DNA of 64,000 nt from Butyricicoccaceae bacterium (GTDB taxonomy: Bacteria > Bacteroidota > Bacteroidia > Bacteroidales > UBA932): NCBI GenBank assembly GCA_963617065.1, contig CAVENC010000007.1:7813-71812 (forward strand), read 5' to 3'. The notes under the pieces are model-generated. The model saw nothing but the letters and a program-made list of their open reading frames with translations. It made no database searches and was not told where the DNA came from. The translations under genes were made by a program, and so were the position numbers. Shown one piece after another: positions 24,454-34,821 of the stretch (position 1 is its first letter; each line of letters begins with the position of its first letter).

Positions 24454-25026
24454 TTATTGTTCGTCCACGGTATCCCCGAATTCGTCTTTCGGAAGGATTG
24501 TGTTGGCGATTATCTTTGATGCTATCGTGCCATAAAGGAAACAGTAGCCCAATGTTACGAAGAATGAAATCTGCGGAAGGTGGCTGAGAGTCCTGTCCAA
24601 TGTAATCCTGTCGCTGTCACTGATTTGCGTCATTGAACCATAACTCTGCAATGTGGTGTCGATTGCGGACTGCAAGTCTTCCGCGCTGATGAGTGTTATG
24701 TTGAGAAGATTTATTCCGGCTACTATGACTGCCGATGTCAATGCCGTAATCATTCCGAAACGGAAAATGGTCGGTACTGTTACGCCGCTGTACTTTGAAC
24801 TGAAATTCATCATAAAATATCTCAACAGTGCCAGGCAGCCGGCAAACTTTATGAGCCATAAGACAGTGTTTATCACCACCAGAAGAATGGCTGCGACTCT
24901 GCCCCCTGTCAACAACTTGGGAAGCATTGTGTTTGCGAAAATAAATATGCCAGTGAACAGCCCCAGGAGAAGCCCGGCCTTGGCTGCCTCGTTCCATAGC
25001 GATTGTCTTTCTATAGTCTCTTTCAT
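24454..25026 (-). CDS. Integral membrane protein (DUF4199-like)
   Basis: Four hydrophobic helices. Start placed at ATG 25026, downstream of a minus-strand TATCTTTG at 25045-25052. Confidence 0.65.
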   Translation of the reverse strand: MKETIERQSLWNEAAKAGLLLGLFTGIFIFANTMLPKLLTGGRVAAILLVVINTVLWLIKFAGCLALLRYFMMNFSSKYSGVTVPTIFRFGMITALTSAVIVAGINLLNITLISAEDLQSAIDTTLQSYGSMTQISDSDRITLDRTLSHLPQISFFVTLGYCFLYGTIASKIIANTILPKDEFGDTVDEQ

Positions 25027-25044
25027 CACCGTCTCATTTGTGCG

Positions 25045-25072
25045 CAAAGATACGAAAAAATGCTTACCTTTG
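25045..25072. promoter_or_regulatory. Divergent -7 promoter elements (DUF4199 gene / thrS)
   Basis: TATCTTTG on the minus strand at 25045-25052 and TACCTTTG on the plus strand at 25065-25072. Confidence 0.65.
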
Positions 25073-25160
25073 CATTCTTGACTAATAATATGGCTAATCA
25101 AGTTCAAGTACTTGGTTTGTAAATACTGGTTAGTCCAATTTAATTATTAATTATTGTGTT

Positions 25161-27125
25161 ATGATTAACATTACATTTCCTGACGGAAGCGTCAGGGCCT
25201 TTGAAAAAGGCGTTACAGGCTATCAGATTGCAGAAAGTATCAGCCCGAGATTGGCAGCCGATGTTCTGGCTGTGTCAGTGAAACCGGAAAGCGATACATC
25301 TGTCGGAAAAGGTACGACAATCGGATTGGATACTCCTATCGAGGAAAACAGTTCAGTCAGACTGCTCAAATGGGATGATGAAGACGGCAAAAGAGTATTC
25401 TGGCATTCTTCCGCACATCTTATGGCACAGGCTCTCGAGGCATTGTTCCCTGGTGTCAAGTTCGGCATCGGACCAGCTGTTGAGAGCGGATTCTACTATG
25501 ACATTGATTTGGGTGACAGGCAGTTGACAGATGCTGATCTTCCTAAGATAGAGAAGAAGATGCTCGAACTTGCCCACACGAAGGAGGCTTTCGAGTGCAC
25601 TCACGTTTCCAAAGCTGAAGCAGTGGACTATTTCACCAAGAAGGGCGATGAGTACAAGCTTGAGCTTATCGGCGAACTGGAAGACGGCAAGATTACATTC
25701 TATAAGAACGGCGATTTTACTGACCTTTGCCGCGGTCCGCACCTTAGAAATACGGAAATGATTAAGGCTGTGAAACTTACAGCTATCGCCGGTGCATATT
25801 GGAGAGGTGATGAGAAACGTCCTCAGCTTACACGAGTATATGGAATCACATTCCCTAAGAAGTCTCTTCTTGACGAGTATCTCGTGCTTCTCGAGGAGGC
25901 CAAGAAGAGAGATCACAGAAAGCTCGGCAAGGAGATGGAACTGTTCACATTCTCATCCCGTGTCGGTCTCGGACTGCCGTTGTGGTTGCCTAGAGGTGCT
26001 GTGATGAGACTCCAGTTGGAGAATTTCCTCCGCAAGAAACTCGATGAGTACGGATATCTGCCGGTAGTGACACCTCATATCGGAAGCAAGCAGCTTTATG
26101 TCACTTCAGGTCACTATGCTAAGTATGGAAAAGACTCGTTCCAGCCGATTCATACACCGCAGGAAGGAGAGGAATATATGCTCAAACCTATGAACTGCCC
26201 TCACCACTGCGAGATTTACCGTTCGGAACCGAGGTCTTACAAGGATCTTCCTCTGCGTTTCTCTGAGTTCGGTACCGTATATCGTTATGAGCAGAGCGGT
26301 GAGCTTCACGGCCTGACCAGAGTACGTTGCTTTACTCAGGATGATGCGCATCTTTTTGTGCGTCCTGACCAGCTCAAGGAAGAATTTGAGAAGGTTATCG
26401 ACTTGATTCTCTATGTGTTCGGCACATTCAACTTCAAGAACTTCACGGCTCAAGTTTCATTGAGAGATCCTAATCATAAGGAAAAATATATCGGAACTGA
26501 CGAAAACTGGGATCGTGCTGAGCAGGGTATCATCGATGCCGCAGCAGAGAAAGGTCTCAAGACTGTCGTTGAGTATGGTGAAGCCGCATTCTACGGCCCT
26601 AAGCTTGACTTTATGGTTAAGGATGCCCTCGGCAGAAAATGGCAGCTCGGTACAGTCCAGGTGGATTACAATCTTCCTGAGCGTTTCCAACTCGAATACA
26701 CGGACAAAGACGGTTCAAAGAAGCGCCCTGTAATGATTCACAGAGCTCCTTTCGGATCAATAGAGAGATTCACGGCCGTATTGCTTGAGCACACCGCCGG
26801 ACATCTTCCGCTTTGGCTTGCTCCTGATCAGGTGAAAGTGCTGCCAGTCAGTGAAAAGTACACTGAATATGCAGAAAAAGTTTGTGATTTGATGAAAAAG
26901 TCCGATATTCGCGCTTCAATGGACGATCGCAACGAGACATTGGGTAAGAGAATCCGTGAGATATCATTGCTCCGTGTGCCTGTGCTTGTGATTGTCGGCG
27001 AAAAAGAGGCTGCAGAAAACACAGTCTCAGTTCGTTATGAAGGAGCAGACAAAGGCTCAATACCTGTTGAGGAGTTCATCGCCAAACTTAAAGCGGCGTC
27101 GGAATCCCGCAGTGCTGAGTTATAG
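25161..27125 (+). CDS. thrS: Threonine-tRNA ligase
   Basis: TGS domain, [20 protein letters not shown] and IHRA motifs. Confidence 0.98.
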   Translation: MINITFPDGSVRAFEKGVTGYQIAESISPRLAADVLAVSVKPESDTSVGKGTTIGLDTPIEENSSVRLLKWDDEDGKRVFWHSSAHLMAQALEALFPGVKFGIGPAVESGFYYDIDLGDRQLTDADLPKIEKKMLELAHTKEAFECTHVSKAEAVDYFTKKGDEYKLELIGELEDGKITFYKNGDFTDLCRGPHLRNTEMIKAVKLTAIAGAYWRGDEKRPQLTRVYGITFPKKSLLDEYLVLLEEAKKRDHRKLGKEMELFTFSSRVGLGLPLWLPRGAVMRLQLENFLRKKLDEYGYLPVVTPHIGSKQLYVTSGHYAKYGKDSFQPIHTPQEGEEYMLKPMNCPHHCEIYRSEPRSYKDLPLRFSEFGTVYRYEQSGELHGLTRVRCFTQDDAHLFVRPDQLKEEFEKVIDLILYVFGTFNFKNFTAQVSLRDPNHKEKYIGTDENWDRAEQGIIDAAAEKGLKTVVEYGEAAFYGPKLDFMVKDALGRKWQLGTVQVDYNLPERFQLEYTDKDGSKKRPVMIHRAPFGSIERFTAVLLEHTAGHLPLWLAPDQVKVLPVSEKYTEYAEKVCDLMKKSDIRASMDDRNETLGKRIREISLLRVPVLVIVGEKEAAENTVSVRYEGADKGSIPVEEFIAKLKAASESRSAEL

Positions 27126-27167
27126 TCCGCAATTATTTATTAATTAACTATTAGGGAGGGCAAATTT

Positions 27168-27806
27168 ATCGCAACGCCTTTTAAACCTCACTTCGGTGGC
27201 CCTAGGCCATCAGGTACAAGACCTGCAGGAGCACCAAAGCCGGCAGGCCCAAGACCCGCAGGATCCCGTATGGCTCCTCCGAGGCACAAAGATGAGAATG
27301 AACTGAATATCAATGATGAGATCAGAGCTGTTCAGGTCCGTCTTGTAGGTGACAATATCGAAGAACCTGGTGTCTATCCTATCGCTCAGGCCTTGAAGAT
27401 GGCCGATGAGTTGGAGCTCGATTTGGTCGAGATCAGCGCTAAGGCAGATCCTCCTGTATGTAAGATTCTGGATTATCAGAAGTACCTTTACCAGCAGAAG
27501 AAGAAGGCAAAGGAGATGAAACAGAATTCTACCAAGATAGTTATAAAGGAAATTCGCTTCGGTCCAAATACTGACGAGCACGACTTCCAGTTCAAGTTGA
27601 AGCACGCTCAGGAGTTCCTTAACGAAGGCTCTAAGGTCAAGGCCTCAGTGTTCTTCAGAGGACGTTCCATCCAGTTCGCTGACCAGGGAGAAAAACTTCT
27701 TCTCCGTTTCGCAGTGGAGCTTGAGGAGTATGGACGTGCCGAGCACATGCCGCAGCTTGAGGGCAAGCGAATGATAATGATGATTGCTCCTATAAAGAAG
27801 AAATAA
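27168..27806 (+). CDS. infC: Translation initiation factor IF-3 (probable ATC start at 27168)
   Basis: [23 protein letters not shown] and KEIRF motifs. The frame is open upstream of ATG 27270 to an ATC preceded by AGGGAGG. Confidence 0.9.
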   Translation: MATPFKPHFGGPRPSGTRPAGAPKPAGPRPAGSRMAPPRHKDENELNINDEIRAVQVRLVGDNIEEPGVYPIAQALKMADELELDLVEISAKADPPVCKILDYQKYLYQQKKKAKEMKQNSTKIVIKEIRFGPNTDEHDFQFKLKHAQEFLNEGSKVKASVFFRGRSIQFADQGEKLLLRFAVELEEYGRAEHMPQLEGKRMIMMIAPIKKK

Positions 27807-27869
27807 ATGATTCTGTAGGGGTGTGAACCCCTGCAGAGTTGTAAAATAAATTATTAAAACTTTTGTAAA

Positions 27870-28064
27870 ATGGCAAAGCTTAAAACCAACTCCGGTGCCA
27901 AAAAGCGTTTCGCGCTTACCGGAACGGGAAAAATCAAGAGAAAACACGCTTATCACAGCCACATTCTCACCAAGAAGACCAAGAAGCAGAAAAGAAATCT
28001 TGATCACTTCACACTTGTCAATCACGTTGACGAAAGAAGAGTAAAAGAGCTTCTGGTATTGTAA
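27870..28064 (+). CDS. rpmI: 50S ribosomal protein L35
   Basis: [20 protein letters not shown] motif and operon position. Confidence 0.96.
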   Translation: MAKLKTNSGAKKRFALTGTGKIKRKHAYHSHILTKKTKKQKRNLDHFTLVNHVDERRVKELLVL

Positions 28065-28140
28065 TCATTTAAAGTTAAACTTGGAATGCAGTCGTAAAGA
28101 ATCGCGATGACGATCACTGTATCCAAAAAAAGTAAAATTT

Positions 28141-28485
28141 ATGCCAAGATCAGTAAATTCAGTAGCCTCTAGGGCTCGCCGCAAGAAGCTTCTCAAGAAG
28201 ACCCGCGGTTACTTCCTGTCAAGGAAAAATGTTTGGACGGTAGCAAAGAATACCTATGAGAAAGGACTTACCTATGCTTACCGTGACCGTAAAGCTAAGA
28301 AACGTGAGTTCCGTGCACTTTGGATTCAGAGAATCAATGCTGCCGCACGTCAGTATGGTATTTCATACTCCCAGTTCATGGGCAAATTGGCAAAGCAGAA
28401 CGTCGGTCTTAACCGCAAAGTGCTTGCAGACCTTGCTATGAATAACCCTAAAGCTTTCGAAGCTATAGTAAATAAGGTAAAATAG
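28141..28485 (+). CDS. rplT: 50S ribosomal protein L20
   Basis: [24 protein letters not shown] motif. Confidence 0.97.
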   Translation: MPRSVNSVASRARRKKLLKKTRGYFLSRKNVWTVAKNTYEKGLTYAYRDRKAKKREFRALWIQRINAAARQYGISYSQFMGKLAKQNVGLNRKVLADLAMNNPKAFEAIVNKVK

Positions 28486-28493
28486 TTTGCTGA

Positions 28494-29837
28494 ATGGGGC
28501 TGAAGGATCTATACCATAACAAGTGGGCTCGGATGACCTTTTGGTCTATCCTCTATTTGATGTGGGTGATCTGGCTGGGAAACTATTGGTGGCTTTTAGG
28601 TCTTGCGGTTATTTTCGATCACCATATCACCAGAAAGGTGAAATGGCTGTTTTGGAAAAAAGACTACAAGGAAGGTGAAAAAAGAAATGCATTTCTGGAT
28701 TGGCTTGATGCCATCATCTTTGCAGTTGTTTTTGTGACCTTCATCAATATCTTCTTCTTCCAGGCTTTCAAGATTCCTTCATCTTCGATGGAAAGTTCGC
28801 TTCTTACTGGAGATCACCTTTTTGTAAGCAAGCTGACGTTCGGTCCTAGATTGCCCGAGACTCCTCTCACAATCCCTTTTACGCACAATGTCATTTTCGG
28901 AAAAGAGTCATATTCGACTTTGCTCCACAATGATTACCGCAGACTGAAGGGATTCAGAAATGTTGAAAGAGGCGATTATGTCGTATTCGGCTTCCCTGAT
29001 GGGGATACAATCCTGACAAAAGCACCGGCTGACGATTATTATACTGTCTGCCGCTTTTATGGAAAAGATTATGCTGTGAAAGCATACGGGCCTGTGAAGG
29101 TTCGTCCGTCAGACAAGAAAGACCATTATGTAAAGAGATGTGTAGCGATACACGGTGATACTCTTTCGGTTAAAGATGGTCGTGTCTACATCAATTCCGC
29201 AGCTCAGGAAGTATGGCCGGGTGTTCAGACTACATACACCGTTGTTACAGACGGTTCCAGAATCAACTACAAGTTGCTGGAGAAGATTGGTCTGAATATT
29301 TCAGAACTGCAATATGACGAAACGTTGCCGGGTTATCCGCAGATGCCGTTGACCTCATCTATGCTTGATGCAGTGAAGTCGTGTGCAAATGTGGTCAGCA
29401 TTGAGGAGCAAGTGGATGTTTATCCGCCGGATTATCCTGATTCATATCTTATGCTGTTCCCTTATTCTGAGAAGTTCAGATGGACTCGTGACAATTACGG
29501 TCCGATTTGGATTCCGGAAGCGGGCAAGACAGTGAAGTTGAACTCTGACAATATGCCTTTATATGAGCGTTTGATAAGAGTTTATGAAAAGAATGATTTG
29601 AAGGTGGCAGACGGCAAGATATTCATCAACGGAGTCGAGACTGACGAATATACTTTCAAACAGGACTATTACTTCATGATGGGCGATAATCGTCATAATT
29701 CATTGGATTCCAGATATTGGGGATTTGTACCTGAGGATCACATAGTCGGTAGGCCGGCGTTGATATGGCTTTCGACTGATGCCAACCGGAAATTCCCGTT
29801 CAACATCAGGTGGAATCGATTCCTTAAACTGGTGTAA
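28494..29837 (+). CDS. lepB: Signal peptidase I
   Basis: IPSSSME, GDHLFVSK, YVKRC and GDNRHNSLDSRYWG motifs. Confidence 0.95.
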   Translation: MGLKDLYHNKWARMTFWSILYLMWVIWLGNYWWLLGLAVIFDHHITRKVKWLFWKKDYKEGEKRNAFLDWLDAIIFAVVFVTFINIFFFQAFKIPSSSMESSLLTGDHLFVSKLTFGPRLPETPLTIPFTHNVIFGKESYSTLLHNDYRRLKGFRNVERGDYVVFGFPDGDTILTKAPADDYYTVCRFYGKDYAVKAYGPVKVRPSDKKDHYVKRCVAIHGDTLSVKDGRVYINSAAQEVWPGVQTTYTVVTDGSRINYKLLEKIGLNISELQYDETLPGYPQMPLTSSMLDAVKSCANVVSIEEQVDVYPPDYPDSYLMLFPYSEKFRWTRDNYGPIWIPEAGKTVKLNSDNMPLYERLIRVYEKNDLKVADGKIFINGVETDEYTFKQDYYFMMGDNRHNSLDSRYWGFVPEDHIVGRPALIWLSTDANRKFPFNIRWNRFLKLV

Positions 29838-29916
29838 GTTTTGGATTTACCAAAAAATTATACGATATTTGCGGTCCGTGTGGACTATTTAGAGAAAATT
29901 AAAAAGTAAAAATAAT

Positions 29917-30159
29917 ATGGCAAAGGTTTGTCAAGTAACAGGAAGAAAGAGAATGATCGGTAACAATGTTGCCCACTCTAAGCTTCGTACAAAGAGAGCA
30001 TTCTCTTTGAACCTCAAAAACAAGAAGTTCTGGCTTGAGTCAGAGCAGAGGTTTGTCACCCTCAAGGTGACCTGCAAGGGTATCAGACACATTGAAAAGA
30101 ACGGCTTGGAGAGCGTTCTTAGAGATGCCCAGAAGAAAGGATATATTAACCTTGTTTAA
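29917..30159 (+). CDS. rpmB: 50S ribosomal protein L28
   Basis: CQVTG..GNNVAHS..TKR motif. Confidence 0.95.
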   Translation: MAKVCQVTGRKRMIGNNVAHSKLRTKRAFSLNLKNKKFWLESEQRFVTLKVTCKGIRHIEKNGLESVLRDAQKKGYINLV

Positions 30160-30172
30160 TTCTAGATAGGAA

Positions 30173-30361
30173 ATGGCAAAGAAAGCTAAAGGAAACAGGG
30201 TGCAGGTCATCCTGGAGTGCACAGAGCAGAAAGAAAGCGGTGTACCTGGAATGTCAAGATACATTACCACAAAGAACAAGAAGAACACAACAGAGCGTCT
30301 TGAGCGTAGGAAATACAATCCATACCTTCACAAGGTGACTCTTCATCGTGAGATTAAATAA
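30173..30361 (+). CDS. rpmG: 50S ribosomal protein L33
   Basis: [25 protein letters not shown] motif. Confidence 0.96.
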   Translation: MAKKAKGNRVQVILECTEQKESGVPGMSRYITTKNKKNTTERLERRKYNPYLHKVTLHREIK

Positions 30362-30376
30362 TAAGGAGAACGGTTT

Positions 30377-30535
30377 ATGGCAAAGAAAGCGGTCGCAACC
30401 TTCGCAGCCAAAGCAGGCGCAAGAAGCATTGTTAAGTGCATCCGTATGGACAAGTCTCCAAAGACTGGCGCATACGTCTTTGTTGAGCAGTTCGTAGATG
30501 CTGGCAAAGAGAAAGAATTCTTTGACAAGAAGTAA
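30377..30535 (+). CDS. DUF4295 family protein (Bacteroidota ribosomal protein bL38), 52 aa, not in ORF track
   Basis: Own translation MAKKAVATFAAKAGARSIVKCIRMDKSPKTGAYVFVEQFVDAGKEKEFFDKK, located between rpmG and ftsY. Confidence 0.88.
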   Translation: MAKKAVATFAAKAGARSIVKCIRMDKSPKTGAYVFVEQFVDAGKEKEFFDKK

Positions 30536-30558
30536 AAGAATTTGAATATATTTCGATT

Positions 30559-30591
30559 AGGCACGGTGTTGACGCATCGTGCCTCTTTTTT
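30559..30591 (+). terminator. Intrinsic terminator after rpmB-rpmG-DUF4295
   Basis: aggcacggtg/catcgtgcct stem followed by a T-tract. Confidence 0.8.
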
Positions 30592-30641
30592 GTATTTTGC
30601 GCGTGTTTTGATTATCTTTGTTCGTTAATCCGATTGCTTTT

Positions 30642-31583
30642 ATGGGAATTTTCGATAAGGGAGTAAAAAAGACAAACGAGGGCTTTTTCAAGAAGCTTTC
30701 AAGGGCTATTGTGGGCAAGTCAAAAGTTGATGACAAGGTCCTGGATGCTATTGAAGAGGCTTTGATTTCGTCCGATATGGGAGTCGATACGACTCTGGAC
30801 ATAATTGACAATCTTGAGGAGCGTGTGGAGAAAGACAAATATATGTCGATGACAGAGCTTGTCGAGATTCTCCGTGAAGAGATAGCCAAACTTCTGGATG
30901 TTGATTCTGAAAGTGTTACAGCGACCGATGAAATACCGTTCGACTTTTCCAAGAGGCCTTACGTGATTCTTGTAGTCGGTGTAAACGGCGTCGGCAAAAC
31001 AACTACGATAGGAAAACTGGCGGCGAAACTGAAGGCGCAGGGCAAAAATGTTGTTCTGGGTGCGGCGGATACTTTCCGTGCCGCGGCAGTTGAGCAACTT
31101 CAGATTTGGGCGGACAGAGCGGGCGTTTCCATAGTAAAGCAGGAAATGGGTTCTGATCCGGCTTCTGTAGCATTCGATACAGTCAGTTCAGCTGTGGCTA
31201 AGCAGGCGGACGTGGTTTTGATAGATACCGCAGGTCGACTCCATAACAGGGTGAACCTGATGAATGAGCTTACAAAAATCAGGAATGTCATACGAAAAGT
31301 GATTCCTGATGCTCCGCACGAGGTTATGCTGGTGCTTGACGGCTCCACAGGCCAGAATGCTTATCAGCAGGCGCAAGAATTTTCGAAAGCAACGGACGTG
31401 ACCTCACTGGCAATCACAAAACTTGACGGATCTGCGAAGGGTGGAGTAGTGGTCGGAATTGTTTCAAAACTTCAAGTCCCGATTAAATTCATCGGAATCG
31501 GAGAGGGTATTGATGACCTGAAGGTGTTTGACAAGAAGGAATTCGTCTCGTCTCTCTTTAATCCTGAAGATATTGACAAATAG
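30642..31583 (+). CDS. ftsY: Signal recognition particle receptor FtsY
   Basis: GVNGVGKTTT, DTFRAAA, DTAGR and TKLDGSAKGG motifs. ATG 30642 lies downstream of TATCTTTG at 30613. Confidence 0.97.
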   Translation: MGIFDKGVKKTNEGFFKKLSRAIVGKSKVDDKVLDAIEEALISSDMGVDTTLDIIDNLEERVEKDKYMSMTELVEILREEIAKLLDVDSESVTATDEIPFDFSKRPYVILVVGVNGVGKTTTIGKLAAKLKAQGKNVVLGAADTFRAAAVEQLQIWADRAGVSIVKQEMGSDPASVAFDTVSSAVAKQADVVLIDTAGRLHNRVNLMNELTKIRNVIRKVIPDAPHEVMLVLDGSTGQNAYQQAQEFSKATDVTSLAITKLDGSAKGGVVVGIVSKLQVPIKFIGIGEGIDDLKVFDKKEFVSSLFNPEDIDK

Positions 31584-31646
31584 CAGTTTCCGTTGACGTT
31601 GAATGTCATCCTGCTTTGATTTATAGAATATTAAAAAAATGATTAT

Positions 31647-34091
31647 ATGAAACTTTCTTATAGCTGGCTTAGAGATTATCTTAAATCTGATCTCACTCCG
31701 CAGCAGATAGCGGACGCTATGACTTCCATCGGTATTGAAGTTGATTCTGTTTCGGAAGAAGAGGAAATACCTGGCGGACTTGCGGGCGTGGTAGTCGCCG
31801 AAGTGGTTGAATGTGAATCACATCCTAATTCCGACCACCTTCATATCACTAAGGTGAATGACGGTACAGGCGAATTGTTGACGGTTGTCTGCGGTGCTCC
31901 TAATGTGGCAGCCGGCCAGAAAGTGCTCTTCGCAAGATTGGGCGCCGTGCTTCCGGGAGATTTCAAAATCAAGAAATCAAAAATCCGTGGAGTGGAGTCA
32001 TTCGGTATGATTTGCGCCGAGGATGAACTCGGAATTGGTAACGACCACGCTGGCATCAAGGTGCTTCCTGCAGATGCGGTCGTAGGAACGTCAGCAAAGG
32101 ATTATCTCCATCTGAAATCAGACGCTGTGATTGAGTATGAGATTACGGCAAACAGAGTTGACGCTGCTTCTCATATCGGTGTCGCCAGGGATTTGTACGC
32201 ATATATGAGGCTCAACAATATTCCTTGCTCATTCTCATATCCGGATGTTTCCGCATTCAAGGAAGGAGAGGGAAACGGATCTATACCTGTTGAAGTTCAG
32301 GACTTTGAAGGCGCTCCTGAGTATGAGGGAATAACTATAAGGGACGTGAAGGTCGGCCCGTCACCTGAGTGGCTTCAGAAGAAGTTGATGTCTATTGGCT
32401 TGCGTTCTATAAACAATATCGTGGACGTCTCCAATTTTGTGCTTTTCGAGATTGGCCAGCCTATGCATACATTTGATGCTGACCAGGTTGCAGGTGGTAA
32501 GGTGATTGTCAGAAGGGCCGGGGAAGGAGAAAAACTTGTGACTCTAGACGGCGTGGAGCGCACGCTTCACTCTACAGATATGGTTATCGCCAATGAGAAC
32601 GGACCTATGTGCATAGCCGGAGTATTCGGTGGTGAAAAGTCCGGTGTGACGGATTCTACGAAGAATGTGTTCCTCGAAAGCGCATATTTTGACCCTCATT
32701 CCATAAGGAAAACTTCCAAGACTCAGGGACTTCAGACAGACGCTTCATTCAGATATGAGAGAGGTGCAGACCCTGGAATTATTCCATTTGCCGCGAAGAG
32801 GGCCGCTTTGCTTATTCTTGAAGTCGCAGGCGGACATATTGACGGCAAGACTCAGGTATCTTATCCGAACCCTATTGAGCGTAAGGTGATTGACCTGGAT
32901 TATGACAGGATTGAGTCCTTCATCGGAAAGAAAATTGGCCACGATGTCATTGAGAACATTCTGACATATCTTAATTACGAATTTGTCGAGAAGAGAGAGA
33001 ATGGAGCAAAGGTGGCCGCACCTTCTTATATGATTGACGTATATCGCGAGTGCGATGTAGTAGAAGAAATTCTCAGAATATACAGTTATAACAATATAGA
33101 GATTCCTCACACGATGAGGATGTCTATAGGCACGACTCCTGATCCTGATCCGGAGGCAACCCGAAATTATATTTCCAATTTCCTGGTAGCGGATGGATTT
33201 GTCGAGACAATGAACAATTCCTTGACAAAGAGCGCGTACTACGAAGGGTTGAAGACATTCCCGGCCGAGAATTGCGTGAAGATTGTGAATCCGCTCAGCT
33301 CTGATCTCAATGTTATGAGGCAGACGCTCATTCTCAACGGTCTTGAGGTTATCGCTTATAATGCCAACAGGCAGATCAATACTCTCCGTACTTTTGAGTA
33401 TGGTTCCGTATATAGACAGCTTCCTGGAACTGACGGCAAGACTCTCGCTTCTTACGAGGAGCATCAGTGTTTTGCATTGTTCCTGTCTGGTCCTAATGCG
33501 AAATCCTGGAGACTCGGAGATCAGAAAGGTAGCTATTTCCAGCTGAAAGGATATTTTGAGCAGTTGTGCAGCCGTTATGCAATCGACTTGTATTCAATGG
33601 AAACGGAAGCAGCTCCCGAAGATATCTTTGCAGAAGGTATTGTTTACAGACTGCCTGGTACACACGAGGTGTTCGCAACAATGGGAACAGTGTCGCCTTC
33701 ATTGGCAAAGAAGTTCGACGTACGTCAGCCTGTGTTTGCGGTAGAAATTGTTTGGTCAGTGCTGCTGAAACTCATTTCAAGAGTGAAAGTTAAATTCCAG
33801 GAGATGCCTAAGTTCCCTGAAGTGAGAAGAGACCTTGCGCTTCTGGTTGACGAGGCTGTGTCTTATGCGGACCTTTCAAGGGCTGCGCACAAGTCTGTGA
33901 AGAAGATTCTTAAGCAGGTTACGCTGTTCGATGTGTATAGAGGTGACAAGATTCCTGCAGGCAAGAAGCAGTATGCTTTGAACTTTGTGCTTCAGGACCC
34001 TGAGAAGACATTGACTGACAATGAGGTGGAGAAAGCTGTCGAAAGACTGCTGGCTACATTCCAGAATTCATTCGGTGCAGTTTTGAGATAA
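31647..34091 (+). CDS. pheT: Phenylalanine-tRNA ligase beta subunit
   Basis: VCGAPN, TDASFRYERG and C-terminal anticodon-binding domain (RRDLA..FDVY). Confidence 0.97.
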   Translation: MKLSYSWLRDYLKSDLTPQQIADAMTSIGIEVDSVSEEEEIPGGLAGVVVAEVVECESHPNSDHLHITKVNDGTGELLTVVCGAPNVAAGQKVLFARLGAVLPGDFKIKKSKIRGVESFGMICAEDELGIGNDHAGIKVLPADAVVGTSAKDYLHLKSDAVIEYEITANRVDAASHIGVARDLYAYMRLNNIPCSFSYPDVSAFKEGEGNGSIPVEVQDFEGAPEYEGITIRDVKVGPSPEWLQKKLMSIGLRSINNIVDVSNFVLFEIGQPMHTFDADQVAGGKVIVRRAGEGEKLVTLDGVERTLHSTDMVIANENGPMCIAGVFGGEKSGVTDSTKNVFLESAYFDPHSIRKTSKTQGLQTDASFRYERGADPGIIPFAAKRAALLILEVAGGHIDGKTQVSYPNPIERKVIDLDYDRIESFIGKKIGHDVIENILTYLNYEFVEKRENGAKVAAPSYMIDVYRECDVVEEILRIYSYNNIEIPHTMRMSIGTTPDPDPEATRNYISNFLVADGFVETMNNSLTKSAYYEGLKTFPAENCVKIVNPLSSDLNVMRQTLILNGLEVIAYNANRQINTLRTFEYGSVYRQLPGTDGKTLASYEEHQCFALFLSGPNAKSWRLGDQKGSYFQLKGYFEQLCSRYAIDLYSMETEAAPEDIFAEGIVYRLPGTHEVFATMGTVSPSLAKKFDVRQPVFAVEIVWSVLLKLISRVKVKFQEMPKFPEVRRDLALLVDEAVSYADLSRAAHKSVKKILKQVTLFDVYRGDKIPAGKKQYALNFVLQDPEKTLTDNEVEKAVERLLATFQNSFGAVLR

Positions 34092-34816
34092 TGCGTAGGG
34101 CCTGTCGAATATTGCTCGTTGCGGTTATGCTGGTTGCCGCCGTCTCCTGCGGAAATAGGGGGCGCGTCATACCTGCACACGAATTCGCAAAGATTTATGC
34201 GAAGATGCTTGTGGCAGACCAATGGGTGGTAAACGATCCTGCAAGAGTGCGTGTTGCTGACACCACTTTGTTCTATGCTCCTATATTGGCGGAATTCGGA
34301 TATACGGAGAAGGACTACTTGAAAAGTGTCGGCTACTATATGCACGACCCAGAGTCATTCGGCAAGATTTTCAAGGAAACAAAGTCAATTCTTCAGACCA
34401 GAATCGATGAACTGACCGCGGACGAGAGGGCGAGAATGCGCGCCGACAGCATACGTCTTGCGATAGAGCGTTCTCCATTCCGCCGTGCGCCGATATTCAG
34501 GGATATGGACAAGGATTCCGTCAGAATAGATACTGTATCAATCAGCATAGATACCAACGGCATCCTCGTATGGGAAAGGATTCTTCCTGATACCATTTAC
34601 AAAGGGCCTGTCTATGTATTGAAATCTTATCTGGATTCATTGGCGACGGCGTCGGATTCGTTGAAGAATGGATTGAAGGATTCCGTGAAGACTCCCGATG
34701 AAACAAAAAAGGAAGAGAAGAAGTCTCTTTCCCGGAAAGGAATCAAAAAGAGCGATGCGGAAATGGTGAGGATTGACAAGGCTGTGTTGCCGTCTTTGCA
34801 TAAACAATTGAAATAG
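34091..34816 (+). CDS. Putative lipoprotein (DUF4296-like)
   Basis: Lipobox AVSC, then 'IP..FAKIYAKMLVADQ..S..YY..P' pattern. Confidence 0.6.
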   Translation: MRRACRILLVAVMLVAAVSCGNRGRVIPAHEFAKIYAKMLVADQWVVNDPARVRVADTTLFYAPILAEFGYTEKDYLKSVGYYMHDPESFGKIFKETKSILQTRIDELTADERARMRADSIRLAIERSPFRRAPIFRDMDKDSVRIDTVSISIDTNGILVWERILPDTIYKGPVYVLKSYLDSLATASDSLKNGLKDSVKTPDETKKEEKKSLSRKGIKKSDAEMVRIDKAVLPSLHKQLK

Positions 34817-34821
34817 AGCTG

